Assembly: GCA_051532035.1 (NCBI GenBank)
Contig: JAOPTW010000014.1
Coordinates: forward strand, 32,001-96,000
Source of the DNA: Fibrobacterales bacterium
GTDB lineage: Bacteria; Fibrobacterota; Fibrobacteria; Fibrobacterales; JAOPTW01
Reading direction: 5' to 3'
DNA: 64,000 nt
Shown here: piece by piece, positions 40,224-50,932 of the stretch
Position numbering within the stretch: the first letter of the stretch is position 1
How the letters are laid out: each line of letters starts with the position of its first letter
Made by a program: the position numbers and the translations under genes
Notes under the pieces: model-generated
What the model saw: only the letters and a program-made list of their open reading frames with translations
What the model was told of the DNA's origin: nothing
Databases searched by the model: none

Positions 40224-41447
40224 TTACTCTTCGTCGAAGCCCCGAACCATATCTATTAAATTATGCCTTTGTAACTCACCCCGGCCTTCGGTCGCTGAAT
40301 AAAAATTTTGTCTATGATACGGAAGCGTATCCTTCGAAATGAGAGTATCTGAAGTAGAAAGCACCAACTCCCACTCTGGCCCTGTTGGTTCTGCGGGTGA
40401 TACCAAAATAAACATCACAGAAAATTGTGTCGGAGCACTCCCAAATTCAGGAACCCGTACTCCATTTTCTGCAATAATATCATCAATAGTCAGACTTACC
40501 AATGTGTCTGCCGTAAAGCAACTTCGAGTAGTATCGATTGCACTATATCGAAAATTTTGCGGTATCACAACATCAGGCACGGAATCTGACGGCAATAGCC
40601 CCATAAGATAGAGTTCTAAGGGAGCATACTGCACCATATTATTTGCAACACCACCAGTAGCAAACCTTTTAAAGCCAGATTGACCAGCAGCACAGTAGGT
40701 ACCACTATCCACCTCAACAAGTGTCTGCGGATCCCATCCCCCAAGATACCCTCCGACACCAAGAGTCCCCCAGTGACTTGTATTCGAAGATTCAATAACA
40801 TAATTAGACCAATTGTGGACAATTTCATGGAGAATTGGCCCTCTCAACAAATAGTTTCTCTGAGGAATATGTATATAACCTTGATATCGATTATTGACAA
40901 ACCCATTCTGCTCAAAGTTCCACGGCTGTTTCCCAATCCCTTCTGTAGTATTCTTCAAGTTTTTAAATGCAGCCCGATATCCGCAATCGCCACGTCGTTC
41001 AATATTATTTATAAATACTGCAAAATCAAAACTATCCAAAAACAGCTGGTGAAGCGGTTCCATAATCTCTTTCATAAAGCTGCGATCTATGGTAGAGCTG
41101 GCATTAAGATACATGTCACAATTCTCAAATCGCGCAAACCGAGCCGAGTCCACAACCATAGCAACCCCTTTACCTGAGGGATGCACAATCATTCTCACCG
41201 AATCTATCTCTCTATCCTCTTTTTTAGCAAGTGAGAATAGGAGTAAATCACCTTCTTCTCTTTGTATCCAACCCGAGTTGCCGTCACGGGTGATCTCACC
41301 CAAAGAACTACTCATTCCTGCCCCAGAAGATAACCCAATTATTGTATCGTTATTACTCGAAACGAGGGTAGTATTTTCAGTGCCGTAAAAGTCATTACTA
41401 CACCCTAATAAGAACAACACCATTAGCGCAACAACAGTAGTTTTCAT
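40224..41447 (-). CDS. Lipoprotein zinc metallopeptidase (zincin-like)
   Basis: Lipobox LLGC, Ser/Gly linker, HEIVH(NW)...SHWG and YAPLELYLMGL. Confidence 0.75.
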   Translation of the reverse strand: MKTTVVALMVLFLLGCSNDFYGTENTTLVSSNNDTIIGLSSGAGMSSSLGEITRDGNSGWIQREEGDLLLFSLAKKEDREIDSVRMIVHPSGKGVAMVVDSARFARFENCDMYLNASSTIDRSFMKEIMEPLHQLFLDSFDFAVFINNIERRGDCGYRAAFKNLKNTTEGIGKQPWNFEQNGFVNNRYQGYIHIPQRNYLLRGPILHEIVHNWSNYVIESSNTSHWGTLGVGGYLGGWDPQTLVEVDSGTYCAAGQSGFKRFATGGVANNMVQYAPLELYLMGLLPSDSVPDVVIPQNFRYSAIDTTRSCFTADTLVSLTIDDIIAENGVRVPEFGSAPTQFSVMFILVSPAEPTGPEWELVLSTSDTLISKDTLPYHRQNFYSATEGRGELQRHNLIDMVRGFDEE

Positions 41448-41704
41448 AATCCAAATCTATCCCGTTTCACTACAGAACTCTTTTTAGAAAAAGATCGTGC
41501 ATAACCATAGAGCCCTACCAATACCAGTATACCAATCCCTAGTAATCCATAAGCGGGCATAGTTGAAAAAAGAGAAAGTATTACCATAAGGGATACACAC
41601 ACAACTAATATAACGACCACCACTCTCAGTGATACTGCTGTAGCAGGCTCTTCACATAACTCATTTAAAAGATCATCTTTATTGGGCTTCATAGTATTTC
41701 TCAA
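41444..41704 (-). CDS. Small two-TM membrane protein
   Basis: Two hydrophobic stretches and a basic tail; ATGA overlap with the peptidase gene. Confidence 0.6.
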   Translation of the reverse strand: MRNTMKPNKDDLLNELCEEPATAVSLRVVVVILVVCVSLMVILSLFSTMPAYGLLGIGILVLVGLYGYARSFSKKSSVVKRDRFGL

Positions 41705-41832
41705 TTCATTTTACCCCTAAACTATATTATTAGTTACTCAAAGTAGTGAGGATCTTATAATTTATGGTATTTTGAATGTTTTTTGATAGGTCTTACTATT
41801 CAACAATTCAATTTGAACAGTATTGAGTAGTA

Positions 41833-43848
41833 CTACTCATCGGGCGTGTGTTGATTGTCCGTAGAGACAATAGTACCATCTTCTCGAATAAGAGTTCCAT
41901 CTTTCTCTTCGAGAATTTCTTTATGAAATCCGCGAAATTTTATGCCATTCATTTCACTCTTTATTTCTCTAAAGCTGCTACCCAAACGAATCAGTAGGTC
42001 TGGTATTACTTTCGTAGTCACCTCTATAAATGGATTATTAGAGATCATTCCCTTTGATTTTTCTTTAAGCTGTTCCAAAGCCTTACCTACTTTTTCACGC
42101 TTATCCATCGATTCTTTAAGCGCAATGAGCTTCTCTTTCATTTTAACTTTTTCTGTTTCACCCAGACTTCTCAGATTTTCTACTGAATCTTTTTTAGAAA
42201 GATCCATACCAACCCGCGTTTCTAACTGAGCAATTTTTTGGACAAGTACTTCTTGAGCCCCTTCAAGCTCCTTTATTTGTTCTAAAAGCTTCACATCTAT
42301 CCCTACAACAAGTTCGGTTTTCGTTGCAATAGACCCAGCAGAATGGAGTGTCATCCCCTGTACAGCATTGGTCAAACCCCCAATAACCGCCCCCTTTTTC
42401 TGGACCTTTACTTTATTTCCTAATACTGTAATTTCACGTCCAACAAACACCCGAGCCTGGTACAGAAACCTATCAATAAGACAGTCCCCTTCAACACGCA
42501 CCATACTCTCTTGTACAAAACCAATTTCTGCATTGCCTTTTACGTACACAGTAGTATCTTCTCCAAAAACCCCTTTCAGTATTTCAAGGTTTTTCCGAGC
42601 ATCAATTCGAGTATTATTTGCCACACTTCCTTGAATTGAGATATTCCCGCCGGACTCAACAGAAAAACCCTCTACAACACTCCCTTCAACAACAATATCT
42701 TTATCATATTGCACGTTACCAGTCTCAGCATTTACATCTCCTTCTATTATAAGGCCCTCTGAGACCATCAAAGTTTTACCATTTACATAGAGCACCCCTT
42801 CAACCGTTGTTCGGTACTCTATTTCCCCTTCTTTCTCGGTACTTTCTATAAAGTCCCCAATGAGAAAATCATCATCCTTAACGGGCTCAACAGGAATATT
42901 CTCCATCCATATATCAATACCAGCCTTTCCTTCTTTTGGCTGCACCTTTTTAGCAATAGCAATCCCTTCTTTAACATGCAAAAAACTGCTAATTGCTTTA
43001 TGATCTACCCGCTCATCATCTTTCACCTCAACCTTTTTTTTCTCAACAAGAATTTCAAGCTGGGCATCCTTACCTGGAATCGCATCGACCTGTTTTCGAA
43101 TGAGAAGGTCACCTTTGGGATTATTCAATACTTCTTGTATCGTTAGTCCACGCTTTGTTATAAGCTTCTCTTCTAAATATTCAGAAAGTGCAATTTGTTG
43201 CTCTTTTGCTCCAATACTTACAGGCTCTACTAAAAAGAACAATTGAGTCTTTTCACTATTTGGGTTATAGGGTGAGAATATTGCCAACTCATTATGAATA
43301 TTATAAACAAGATACCCTGTCTCACCTGCAGACCATTCAAAAAATGTCCCTTTATCCTCAACAACAATTGATTCGTCAAGAGAAATTATATCACTATCTG
43401 GGTCCACATCACTTTCGACCCCTCGAACATTTTTCATTATTTTTGCTACCCGTAAAATAGCTTGCCCTTTCGCTAAAAATATGAGCTTCTCAACAGAACC
43501 TGATACTGAAGCCTTCACTACCTCCCGCTTATTCAGTATACTAAAAATTGATTTCAAATTATTAGTATACTCTTGAAAGGCCTCATACCCTATTTTTTCA
43601 CCTTTGGGTATATACCCTATTTCTAAACCAAATACTCCAGCTCGTGCAACAATCAGGTTTTGTACACTCCCTCCTGCCGCACACTCTTCAATTCCCTTTT
43701 CAATGGCGGCCACTTGAATGCCTTCAGTCACTCCGAGTAGAGAAAGCTCTTCGCGTATCAACGAGAGTGATACATCTGGATAGAGTGATGTGAGCATTAC
43801 CGAACACTCATCATCACTTACTTTAAACTGGAGAATCTCGTCAGCCAT
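41833..43848 (-). CDS. FapA (DUF342) family protein, paralogue 2
   Basis: G.AGIDIW...IPV, GDVNAETGNVQY, beta-helix repeats, GAVIGG, GS...KTELVVGID and a coiled coil. Confidence 0.85.
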   Translation of the reverse strand: MADEILQFKVSDDECSVMLTSLYPDVSLSLIREELSLLGVTEGIQVAAIEKGIEECAAGGSVQNLIVARAGVFGLEIGYIPKGEKIGYEAFQEYTNNLKSIFSILNKREVVKASVSGSVEKLIFLAKGQAILRVAKIMKNVRGVESDVDPDSDIISLDESIVVEDKGTFFEWSAGETGYLVYNIHNELAIFSPYNPNSEKTQLFFLVEPVSIGAKEQQIALSEYLEEKLITKRGLTIQEVLNNPKGDLLIRKQVDAIPGKDAQLEILVEKKKVEVKDDERVDHKAISSFLHVKEGIAIAKKVQPKEGKAGIDIWMENIPVEPVKDDDFLIGDFIESTEKEGEIEYRTTVEGVLYVNGKTLMVSEGLIIEGDVNAETGNVQYDKDIVVEGSVVEGFSVESGGNISIQGSVANNTRIDARKNLEILKGVFGEDTTVYVKGNAEIGFVQESMVRVEGDCLIDRFLYQARVFVGREITVLGNKVKVQKKGAVIGGLTNAVQGMTLHSAGSIATKTELVVGIDVKLLEQIKELEGAQEVLVQKIAQLETRVGMDLSKKDSVENLRSLGETEKVKMKEKLIALKESMDKREKVGKALEQLKEKSKGMISNNPFIEVTTKVIPDLLIRLGSSFREIKSEMNGIKFRGFHKEILEEKDGTLIREDGTIVSTDNQHTPDE

Positions 43849-44756
43849 TACATCTCACTCAGCAGTGTATCTATATTTTTTAGGGTTTCAGGCGCATCCA
43901 CTATTACTTTCTGTTGATACAACACCAAACTGATAAGTGTTGCAATTCTCTCAAATTTATCTTGGATATTAGTCACCGGTAAATGGTGTTTATTATTGAC
44001 AACCAAAACTCCTAACCGTTTTCCTGATTTTTCTAATGGAATTGCCGCAACAGCTCCATCCACAGAAACCTTATGGGTAGCAAAAGCACTTTCTGCCAAC
44101 GTATCAAGTTTCGCACTACTTTCAGTAGTAATACTCGAAAAAGTTTTATCTAAAAAGGGAACCGACACATAGATTTCATCAATATGAAACATCTTAGTCG
44201 CAAGGGTTGTAATCCTCTGAAGCAACTCTTCTACCGCCCCCCCTTCAAGTAACTCACTCAAAATTTCTGACCGCTCATTAAGCTCCCAAGTACGCTCTGC
44301 AACCTTCGCCTCCAAGACGGCATTTACATTTTCAAGCTCTTCGTTTTTTCTATTTAACTCTTCAAGAAGGTGTGCACGTCCACTCCGTTCTTCATACAGC
44401 TCCCAAGCATTATTCAAATGAAGAAGAAGCTCCTCTTTTTTTATATCTTTTGATAGGTATCGCCATACGTGCCCTTCATTAATAGCCTGAGTAACTGATT
44501 GAACATCAGAATACCCTGAAAGGACGAGTTTAATTGAAAGAGGATCAATAACATGGGCCTCGACAATAAAGGCCACGCCATCCATTTCGGGCATGCGCAT
44601 ATCCGAAATCACGAGACCATAAGACTCATCTTTAAGACACTGAAGTGCTTCAGTGGTACTGGTACAGAAAGTTCCCGTATATTCAGATATTTCAAGGGTT
44701 CTTTCAAAGGCATTTAAAACACTCTGCTCGTCATCAACAAATAATACTTTTCTCAT
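43848..44756 (-). CDS. Response regulator (REC + coiled coil + GAF-like), no recognisable output domain
   Basis: VLFVDDE, ISDMRMPEMDG, LSGYSD, AINEGHVWRY, LEAKVAERT; AIPLEKSGKRLGVLVV is GAF-like. Confidence 0.85.
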   Translation of the reverse strand: MRKVLFVDDEQSVLNAFERTLEISEYTGTFCTSTTEALQCLKDESYGLVISDMRMPEMDGVAFIVEAHVIDPLSIKLVLSGYSDVQSVTQAINEGHVWRYLSKDIKKEELLLHLNNAWELYEERSGRAHLLEELNRKNEELENVNAVLEAKVAERTWELNERSEILSELLEGGAVEELLQRITTLATKMFHIDEIYVSVPFLDKTFSSITTESSAKLDTLAESAFATHKVSVDGAVAAIPLEKSGKRLGVLVVNNKHHLPVTNIQDKFERIATLISLVLYQQKVIVDAPETLKNIDTLLSEM

Positions 44757-45655
44757 TTCATTCCCTTTATTAAAGGTGAATTTCTATCAATAGGGAGTTC
44801 TATCACAAAACGAACTCCTTCCGCAAAAGAGCGATCAACAAAGAGCGCCCCATTATGTTTATTCACAACAATATCATGTGAGATACTGAGCCCAAGTCCC
44901 GTCCCCTCACCTACATTCTTGGTAGTAAAAAATGGATCAAAAATTTTATTAAAAATCGCCTCGTCAATAGGATCACCATTATTTTCTATCTCACATATTA
45001 CATTCTTATTACGAATGAATGTCCTTACACCAATTCGCCCTCGTTCATGGGAGCTACTCTGGATAGCAGCAACAGCGTTGACTAAAATATTTAGAAAGAC
45101 TTGATTGATCTCTCCCAGATTACAACATACCAGAGGAATATCCCCGAGATAGACATCAATATCTGCAGCGTGTTTAATTTGATGTCTCACCACAACAAGC
45201 GTTGACTGTAATCCCTCATTGATATTATTTTCTACAAAACCTTCACGCGTGTCCACACGAGAGAACCCTCTCAAACTCTGTACAATAGCTCTAATTCTAT
45301 CGACCCCTTCTTGGGTTTCACTCAGTAATTTCTGCAAATCACCTGCCGAACTCAATAATGGCGCGTATTGCGCTATGTCTTTTTGAGTAGGCGTTCTCTC
45401 ATTATCGTCCCACAACTGTGCTACATTTTGAATCTGGAGTATATATTCAGATAAATGATCAATATTGAGCGTAACAAAACTCAGCGGATTATTTATTTCA
45501 TGCGCTACTCCCGCAGCTAATTGCCCAATAGCAATGAGCCTCTCATTCTGCACCATCTGCATCTGCATTTGTTGCATAAATTGAGTTCCCTCCTCAAGAG
45601 CCCTTACTTTATCGGTAAGGAGCTTATTTTCCTCAAGAAGATCACTATTTTCCAT
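44753..45655 (-). CDS. Sensor-less cytoplasmic histidine kinase (NtrB-like core)
   Basis: GQLAAGVAHEINNP, NQVFLNILVNA, IFDPFFTTK and GTGLGL; only about 35 aa precede the HisKA domain. Confidence 0.9.
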   Translation of the reverse strand: MENSDLLEENKLLTDKVRALEEGTQFMQQMQMQMVQNERLIAIGQLAAGVAHEINNPLSFVTLNIDHLSEYILQIQNVAQLWDDNERTPTQKDIAQYAPLLSSAGDLQKLLSETQEGVDRIRAIVQSLRGFSRVDTREGFVENNINEGLQSTLVVVRHQIKHAADIDVYLGDIPLVCCNLGEINQVFLNILVNAVAAIQSSSHERGRIGVRTFIRNKNVICEIENNGDPIDEAIFNKIFDPFFTTKNVGEGTGLGLSISHDIVVNKHNGALFVDRSFAEGVRFVIELPIDRNSPLIKGMK

Positions 45656-45680
45656 TGTATCCTAACTTCATTAAATGATG

Positions 45681-47648
45681 CTACTTCTTTTCAATAGAAG
45701 TCCGCGCAATAATTTGCCCATTTACATTGACATAATTTCTACCCTTATCCTTCCCCTTCAGTACTGTTTGACCATTACTGACGCGAAGATATACATCGGG
45801 AATAATGTGATTCTTAATTTCTATTTCACAGGTGTCAGATTGAGGGTGAAAAACCTGTTCCTCAATAACCGACATTACTTTTTGTATTTCTTTCTTCTTT
45901 GCAACAATTTTTTTAATATTCTCTAACGCTGTTTTTACTAATTGCTTTGACGGTGTATCCATCTGTGCTACTTTTGCAGTCGCCTCTTTTGACATAAGAT
46001 CAAGGCCACGTAACATCTTAAATTTATCTACCTGAGCATCGCAAAACTTCACCCGTTCCCTAAGGTTATACATATTCCTAAGATTTTCCATATTCACCCC
46101 TGCAAAGAGCTCTGTCTTTGTAGAGTGAGACCCCACCGAATGCAGTGTAATAGAATGAAATGCATTTAACACTCCGCCAATAACACTTCCTTTGTTATCA
46201 CCTACAATTTTTTTGCCACTCACTTCGATATTCTCACCTGCAAATATTTTTGCATGATAGATAAAACCATCTACCAAAATATTCTTATCTACTGATACTG
46301 TGCTCTCTTGAATAAAGCCTATTTCTGCATCACCTTTAACCTTAACAACTGTTTGATCACCAAAAATTCCACGTTTAACAATTAAATTACCACCACATTC
46401 TATAATGGCGCCATTCTCGACATTTCCCCCGATAATACAGTCTTCTTTTGTCGATATCGAAAAGCCCTCTTTAACATCTTTTTTTATTACAACCGAGTGA
46501 TCAAACGTAATATTACCCGTCTCTTGAGATACCTCATCTACTTGTAAATTTGTATTGATACTACAGCCATGTTCCTGTATAGAAACAATCCCATCTTTTT
46601 CTGCCCTATAGAGGGTCGACTTTTCACGTTCTTCAATTAGAATATTTTCTCCTGGAGTAAAATCACAATCAATCACGGGGTCAACAGGAATCACAACTCC
46701 CATAACGTCAACACCTGATACGCCATCTATTACAGGAAGTTTTTCACAAATAATCTCTCCCATCTTCACCATATCAAACTGAGACCACGCCTTATGGTCT
46801 ACTTGCAATTCACTCTCTGTCCCTCGTTCACGGGGAGGAATATAGTGCACCACAATTCTTCCATTTTGACCAACAACCGGCTCTCGTCTCTTGCGACACA
46901 GAATTTTTTTCGAGAAGCCTTCTTGTAATAACTCACGAACTTCAGCTTCATCCATTGTCGAAACACCATCTTCAACTTGATTAAAAAAGCTCTGTATTAT
47001 CTTCTGCTGCCCAAATTCAGCGGGATGAAAATAGAAATGCATCTCTGTCTCAGTATCATTAATAAGCGTCGGTTCAAAAATATCCAGCTGTAATCTATCA
47101 TTCATCCCCACATAGCCTTCTCTTTTTGCAACAAGCTGATAGACATCACTCAGTTCATCGACAGAAAAAGCTTCTGAGTTAATCTGCAGAAAATCGCTAT
47201 CGAGATCTACCATAACATCCATACCATACACATTCTTTCGACTTTTACCGATGGTGATAATTGGCGTTTGCGCAGTAACGAAGTAGACAAAGTCTGCACT
47301 TTTTTTACCATCATCACTCGTAAGAGATTTATAGACACGCCTCAACTCGTTCCCAAGCTGTGTTACTTCATCGGGAGAAAATACGACATCAGTAATAGCC
47401 AATGTCACTTGTATCGACGGGACCACTGCAACAATCACATCATGCTCAGCAACGCCTCCGATATCGACTCGTTCGATTATAGATTGTAATGAATCTTTAG
47501 AAAACCCTTCACGAACCTGAAGGTCTTGTAATCGATCAAGAAAATCAACAACAGTAGTGCTTGGCGCAACACTTTTACAGACAACTTTTGTCCCTTCGCT
47601 GTTTATAACTAAATCAATTTGTCTCATACTATACCAGTAGTATACCAT
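45681..47648 (-). CDS. FapA (DUF342) family protein, paralogue 1
   Basis: GVDVMGVVIPV, VSQETGNITF, beta-helix repeats, GSVIGG and VGSHSTKTELFAGVN. The start may instead be ATG 47627. Confidence 0.85.
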   Translation of the reverse strand: MVYYWYSMRQIDLVINSEGTKVVCKSVAPSTTVVDFLDRLQDLQVREGFSKDSLQSIIERVDIGGVAEHDVIVAVVPSIQVTLAITDVVFSPDEVTQLGNELRRVYKSLTSDDGKKSADFVYFVTAQTPIITIGKSRKNVYGMDVMVDLDSDFLQINSEAFSVDELSDVYQLVAKREGYVGMNDRLQLDIFEPTLINDTETEMHFYFHPAEFGQQKIIQSFFNQVEDGVSTMDEAEVRELLQEGFSKKILCRKRREPVVGQNGRIVVHYIPPRERGTESELQVDHKAWSQFDMVKMGEIICEKLPVIDGVSGVDVMGVVIPVDPVIDCDFTPGENILIEEREKSTLYRAEKDGIVSIQEHGCSINTNLQVDEVSQETGNITFDHSVVIKKDVKEGFSISTKEDCIIGGNVENGAIIECGGNLIVKRGIFGDQTVVKVKGDAEIGFIQESTVSVDKNILVDGFIYHAKIFAGENIEVSGKKIVGDNKGSVIGGVLNAFHSITLHSVGSHSTKTELFAGVNMENLRNMYNLRERVKFCDAQVDKFKMLRGLDLMSKEATAKVAQMDTPSKQLVKTALENIKKIVAKKKEIQKVMSVIEEQVFHPQSDTCEIEIKNHIIPDVYLRVSNGQTVLKGKDKGRNYVNVNGQIIARTSIEKK

Positions 47649-47708
47649 GTCACTTTAACTATAAACAATGAAAAAGGCTCATTTCCTATAATTCCACCTA
47701 AAAAAAGT

Positions 47709-50150
47709 CTAAAAAGGGAATGAGCCTACTTGAAAGCCAACAATATGGTCCATCTGTGTATCAAATTGACTTTCACTGTAGAGAATCAGCTCTATGGATC
47801 GTATCTTAAAGCGTAGAACTGCCTCAAGAATAAATTGAGAGTGAAATCCATCAAGGTATTCACCTCCATTATCCAATGAGTGCAAAGAGTGCAATCGGAG
47901 CCAACTACTCAAATAGTTCCAAGAAACACCCGTCGTAAAAAAACCATTCACAAACCCCCAACTTGCATAACGTGGGTCGTATCCATACCGTGCCCGTAGA
48001 GCTGTATTCATGGTTGGTTTAAACCGTTGACTCATAACAGTATCTTGTTCTGTAATTCCTGAAAAAGTTTCTGAATTTGAAATTGTTGTGGTAAATGGTT
48101 CAGGAACTTTGCCAAACTGCTTATAATCAACATCAACAACTCCACTACTTCCAAAACCAATATGGAACCACGATCGAGGAGAGAAAAAGCGACGTAACGT
48201 CCCAGCCGCCTCAACATGAAGAGGAGCCGAAGAACCAATCACTTCAGGTAACCCTTCAGCTTTAAAATGCCCAGAAAGATCAATAAGAGTCCCTGTCGTT
48301 GAAAATTCTCCATCATTTAATGTATTGAGTTTTCCACCAAGACCAAACTCAAAAGCTATTACTTTCGCGTCCCTTAACGTATCTGAATCTAATTGAGTAA
48401 AAAGCGAATTGTCAAAAAACATATCAGCATATATGAACCCCTTATGTGACGTTTCATACCCCACCAATACATGCATAGAGTCTCGCTCCTCTTTCAGAAT
48501 CTCTCTGTCTATTCTCAGCCCCCCTTTAAGCGATTGATATTCCAGTGTCTGAAAAAACTGAGAAATTTTAAAAAAGAATGGGGCACCTCCCAGCGCGTAA
48601 AAAGAAGCGACTCCCTTTATTCCTCGAGCATAATCACCCACCCATCCTTCTAGATCAATGGTGTAGTTAAAGTGATTCACACTCCCATAACTCAATGCAC
48701 CATATGCATGTGGATAGATAAATGCCCCCCCAAACAGCCCACCTGTCACTGATAGTTGATCTTGTACCTTTGCTTCAATTTCTATATCGACACTTCCCGA
48801 ATCAATACTTTCAAATATACTGAGGTTAGGGCGAGAGTAATAAGGAGACCGATAGAGGTCACCAACGACACCTTTCAGATGACTCCCATCCATAGCAATA
48901 GGATAAAACCTGAGAAGGTAATGAACATAACTATGAAATTGCGGTTCAAGTGTATTAAGGTGGAGTTGATTGAAGGTAAAAAACTTTGACTCAGTAACAC
49001 GACTAAAAGGAATATATTCCCTATGTGGAAATCCTCCCCCATACACCATAAAGAGAGCGTCCATTTTACTTTTCATAAGCACCTTCCCCATCTCAACAAC
49101 CTCTTTGAAAGAGGCATGGGGTGAATAAGCATGGGGTTGTATCCTTAAAATATTTTCACTATAATAAAGGTCACTACTTAATTGAGCCCCATATACTGTT
49201 CTAAAAAAGTGACGTTGATTTATAGCATCTCCAAGATCTCTCTTTTTTACTGGAGTTGCATCCACCGCTATGAGCCAATTAACTTCGTGCTCTTCCAGGA
49301 TAGCATCCGGAACAAACCGTGCATAGAGCAGACCACTTACAACAATATTTTTTTTAAAAGTATAAAACTCTTCTTCCTCAATGTTAGATAGGGTTGCTAA
49401 AAGCACCTTCAAGATATTTCCATTTTTATGAATATATGGCTTTTTAGTATCCACGTTGGATGTAACTATTCTCAATGGAACTCTTAATGAATCATATGAT
49501 CCTCCCATCTCATAGAGGCGAGGCACTATTTTTTCTGCAATTAACTCTGCAAGTATGCCATTTCGTTTATGTGCTCCATTCATTTTCACGAGAGTCGTTG
49601 TAGTGTCATTCTCTTTAAAAAATTTAAAGCGTTGCTGAATCCCCATAACCCCATAAGGAGCACTATACTCTACGATTCCCTCGTCAGTCGCCCCTCTCAT
49701 ACTCTCAACAATATCTGGCCTATTCAAAATAACCTCAATTGAATCAGCACTGTACCCCGACGCCCACAAGGCTGCAATAAGACCACCCCACGAAGAACCA
49801 TAAATATAATCCACCGGTATTTTATACGCCTCTATTGTTTTGAGAACCCCAATATGAAGGGCACACTCTTCATAACCGCCACTCAGAAAAAGTCCAGGAC
49901 GAATTGACACGGCCTCGCTCAACTCTTCGACTTCACTGAAATCAGCCTCACCTGTACTCATTTTTACAGGAGGAATAATACTATTCACTTGCTTTGCAGG
50001 GCTTTCAATCTCCTCCCCTTTTGAAGCATCAGTTGTATTGAGTATCACTTTTCCATAACTCATAGTAGCACAAACAAAAATCAGTGTAATTAACACTTTA
50101 TGCAATAAAAGCATTTCCCGACCCTTTCTATAGAACATAGTACTTCTCAC
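47709..50150 (-). CDS. Patatin-like domain fused to probable outer-membrane beta-barrel (PlpD/type Vd-like), catalytically degenerate
   Basis: LSGG..ALHIGVLK.IE, IPVDYIYGSSWGG; C-terminal amphipathic strands ending in Phe. Likely start is ATG 50114, which gives a signal peptide. Confidence 0.75.
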   Translation of the reverse strand: MRSTMFYRKGREMLLLHKVLITLIFVCATMSYGKVILNTTDASKGEEIESPAKQVNSIIPPVKMSTGEADFSEVEELSEAVSIRPGLFLSGGYEECALHIGVLKTIEAYKIPVDYIYGSSWGGLIAALWASGYSADSIEVILNRPDIVESMRGATDEGIVEYSAPYGVMGIQQRFKFFKENDTTTTLVKMNGAHKRNGILAELIAEKIVPRLYEMGGSYDSLRVPLRIVTSNVDTKKPYIHKNGNILKVLLATLSNIEEEEFYTFKKNIVVSGLLYARFVPDAILEEHEVNWLIAVDATPVKKRDLGDAINQRHFFRTVYGAQLSSDLYYSENILRIQPHAYSPHASFKEVVEMGKVLMKSKMDALFMVYGGGFPHREYIPFSRVTESKFFTFNQLHLNTLEPQFHSYVHYLLRFYPIAMDGSHLKGVVGDLYRSPYYSRPNLSIFESIDSGSVDIEIEAKVQDQLSVTGGLFGGAFIYPHAYGALSYGSVNHFNYTIDLEGWVGDYARGIKGVASFYALGGAPFFFKISQFFQTLEYQSLKGGLRIDREILKEERDSMHVLVGYETSHKGFIYADMFFDNSLFTQLDSDTLRDAKVIAFEFGLGGKLNTLNDGEFSTTGTLIDLSGHFKAEGLPEVIGSSAPLHVEAAGTLRRFFSPRSWFHIGFGSSGVVDVDYKQFGKVPEPFTTTISNSETFSGITEQDTVMSQRFKPTMNTALRARYGYDPRYASWGFVNGFFTTGVSWNYLSSWLRLHSLHSLDNGGEYLDGFHSQFILEAVLRFKIRSIELILYSESQFDTQMDHIVGFQVGSFPF

Positions 50151-50932
50151 GTAAATTCTTTTCTGTGAAACCAGAGTGACGCCCCTGTTAATAGGAGTAC
50201 ACTGTACAGCAATCCATAACAGAGAGTGAGGCTGACATCCCCAATTGTTAGTGGTATAGAGTGAATCAGTTCATGTGAGCGATTAAACAGTGTAAAATCT
50301 GGAATTATAGTATGAAGTATTTGAGCAATAGATTCTTGAATTTCAGAATAGTTTGCCGATCCTATTTTCTTGGTAAATGCTATCTGATCCAAAACCGAAG
50401 GGAGCGTTTGACCCGCAATGTATATACCAAAGGTAAAGAAAGCACTAAGTGCTGTACTCGAGAAGGTTGAGAAAAAAAGTGCGATCGCTATAATCAGCGA
50501 CATCTCAGCCCCTTTCAAAATAATAACTAATAGATGTTCAAAAGTAACCGATCCACCGGATAGCAGAACCGCGATTACAAATGCTACAGAAAGAAGCGTT
50601 AGATGACATCCAATAATATACAGTAGGCCAATATATTTGCCCAGCAAAAATTGAGTCCTCGATACTGGTTTAGTTACAATTGTATAGAGGGTATGCTTCT
50701 CTATCTCTGTGTGTACAAGACCAACGCCCACAAAAATAGAGATGAGTAATCCACTGAGTGACATCACACTTAACGTAAAAGATGTGACAACATAGACACG
50801 ATTAAAAACCGCCCAATCACCAAGAACATGTGCAAACCCTATAAGAAGTATCGCTATTGCCCCAATAACATACAACACTCTATTACGAATATGTTCACGA
50901 AAGGTGTTCCGAGCTATCGTATTAATAACCAT
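50147..50932 (-). CDS. ABC-2 type permease (PilI-like)
   Basis: IARNTFRE.IR.R, EIEKHTLYTIVTKPVSR..FLLGKY, about six TM helices and a terminal F.RKE. Confidence 0.85.
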   Translation of the reverse strand: MVINTIARNTFREHIRNRVLYVIGAIAILLIGFAHVLGDWAVFNRVYVVTSFTLSVMSLSGLLISIFVGVGLVHTEIEKHTLYTIVTKPVSRTQFLLGKYIGLLYIIGCHLTLLSVAFVIAVLLSGGSVTFEHLLVIILKGAEMSLIIAIALFFSTFSSTALSAFFTFGIYIAGQTLPSVLDQIAFTKKIGSANYSEIQESIAQILHTIIPDFTLFNRSHELIHSIPLTIGDVSLTLCYGLLYSVLLLTGASLWFHRKEFT

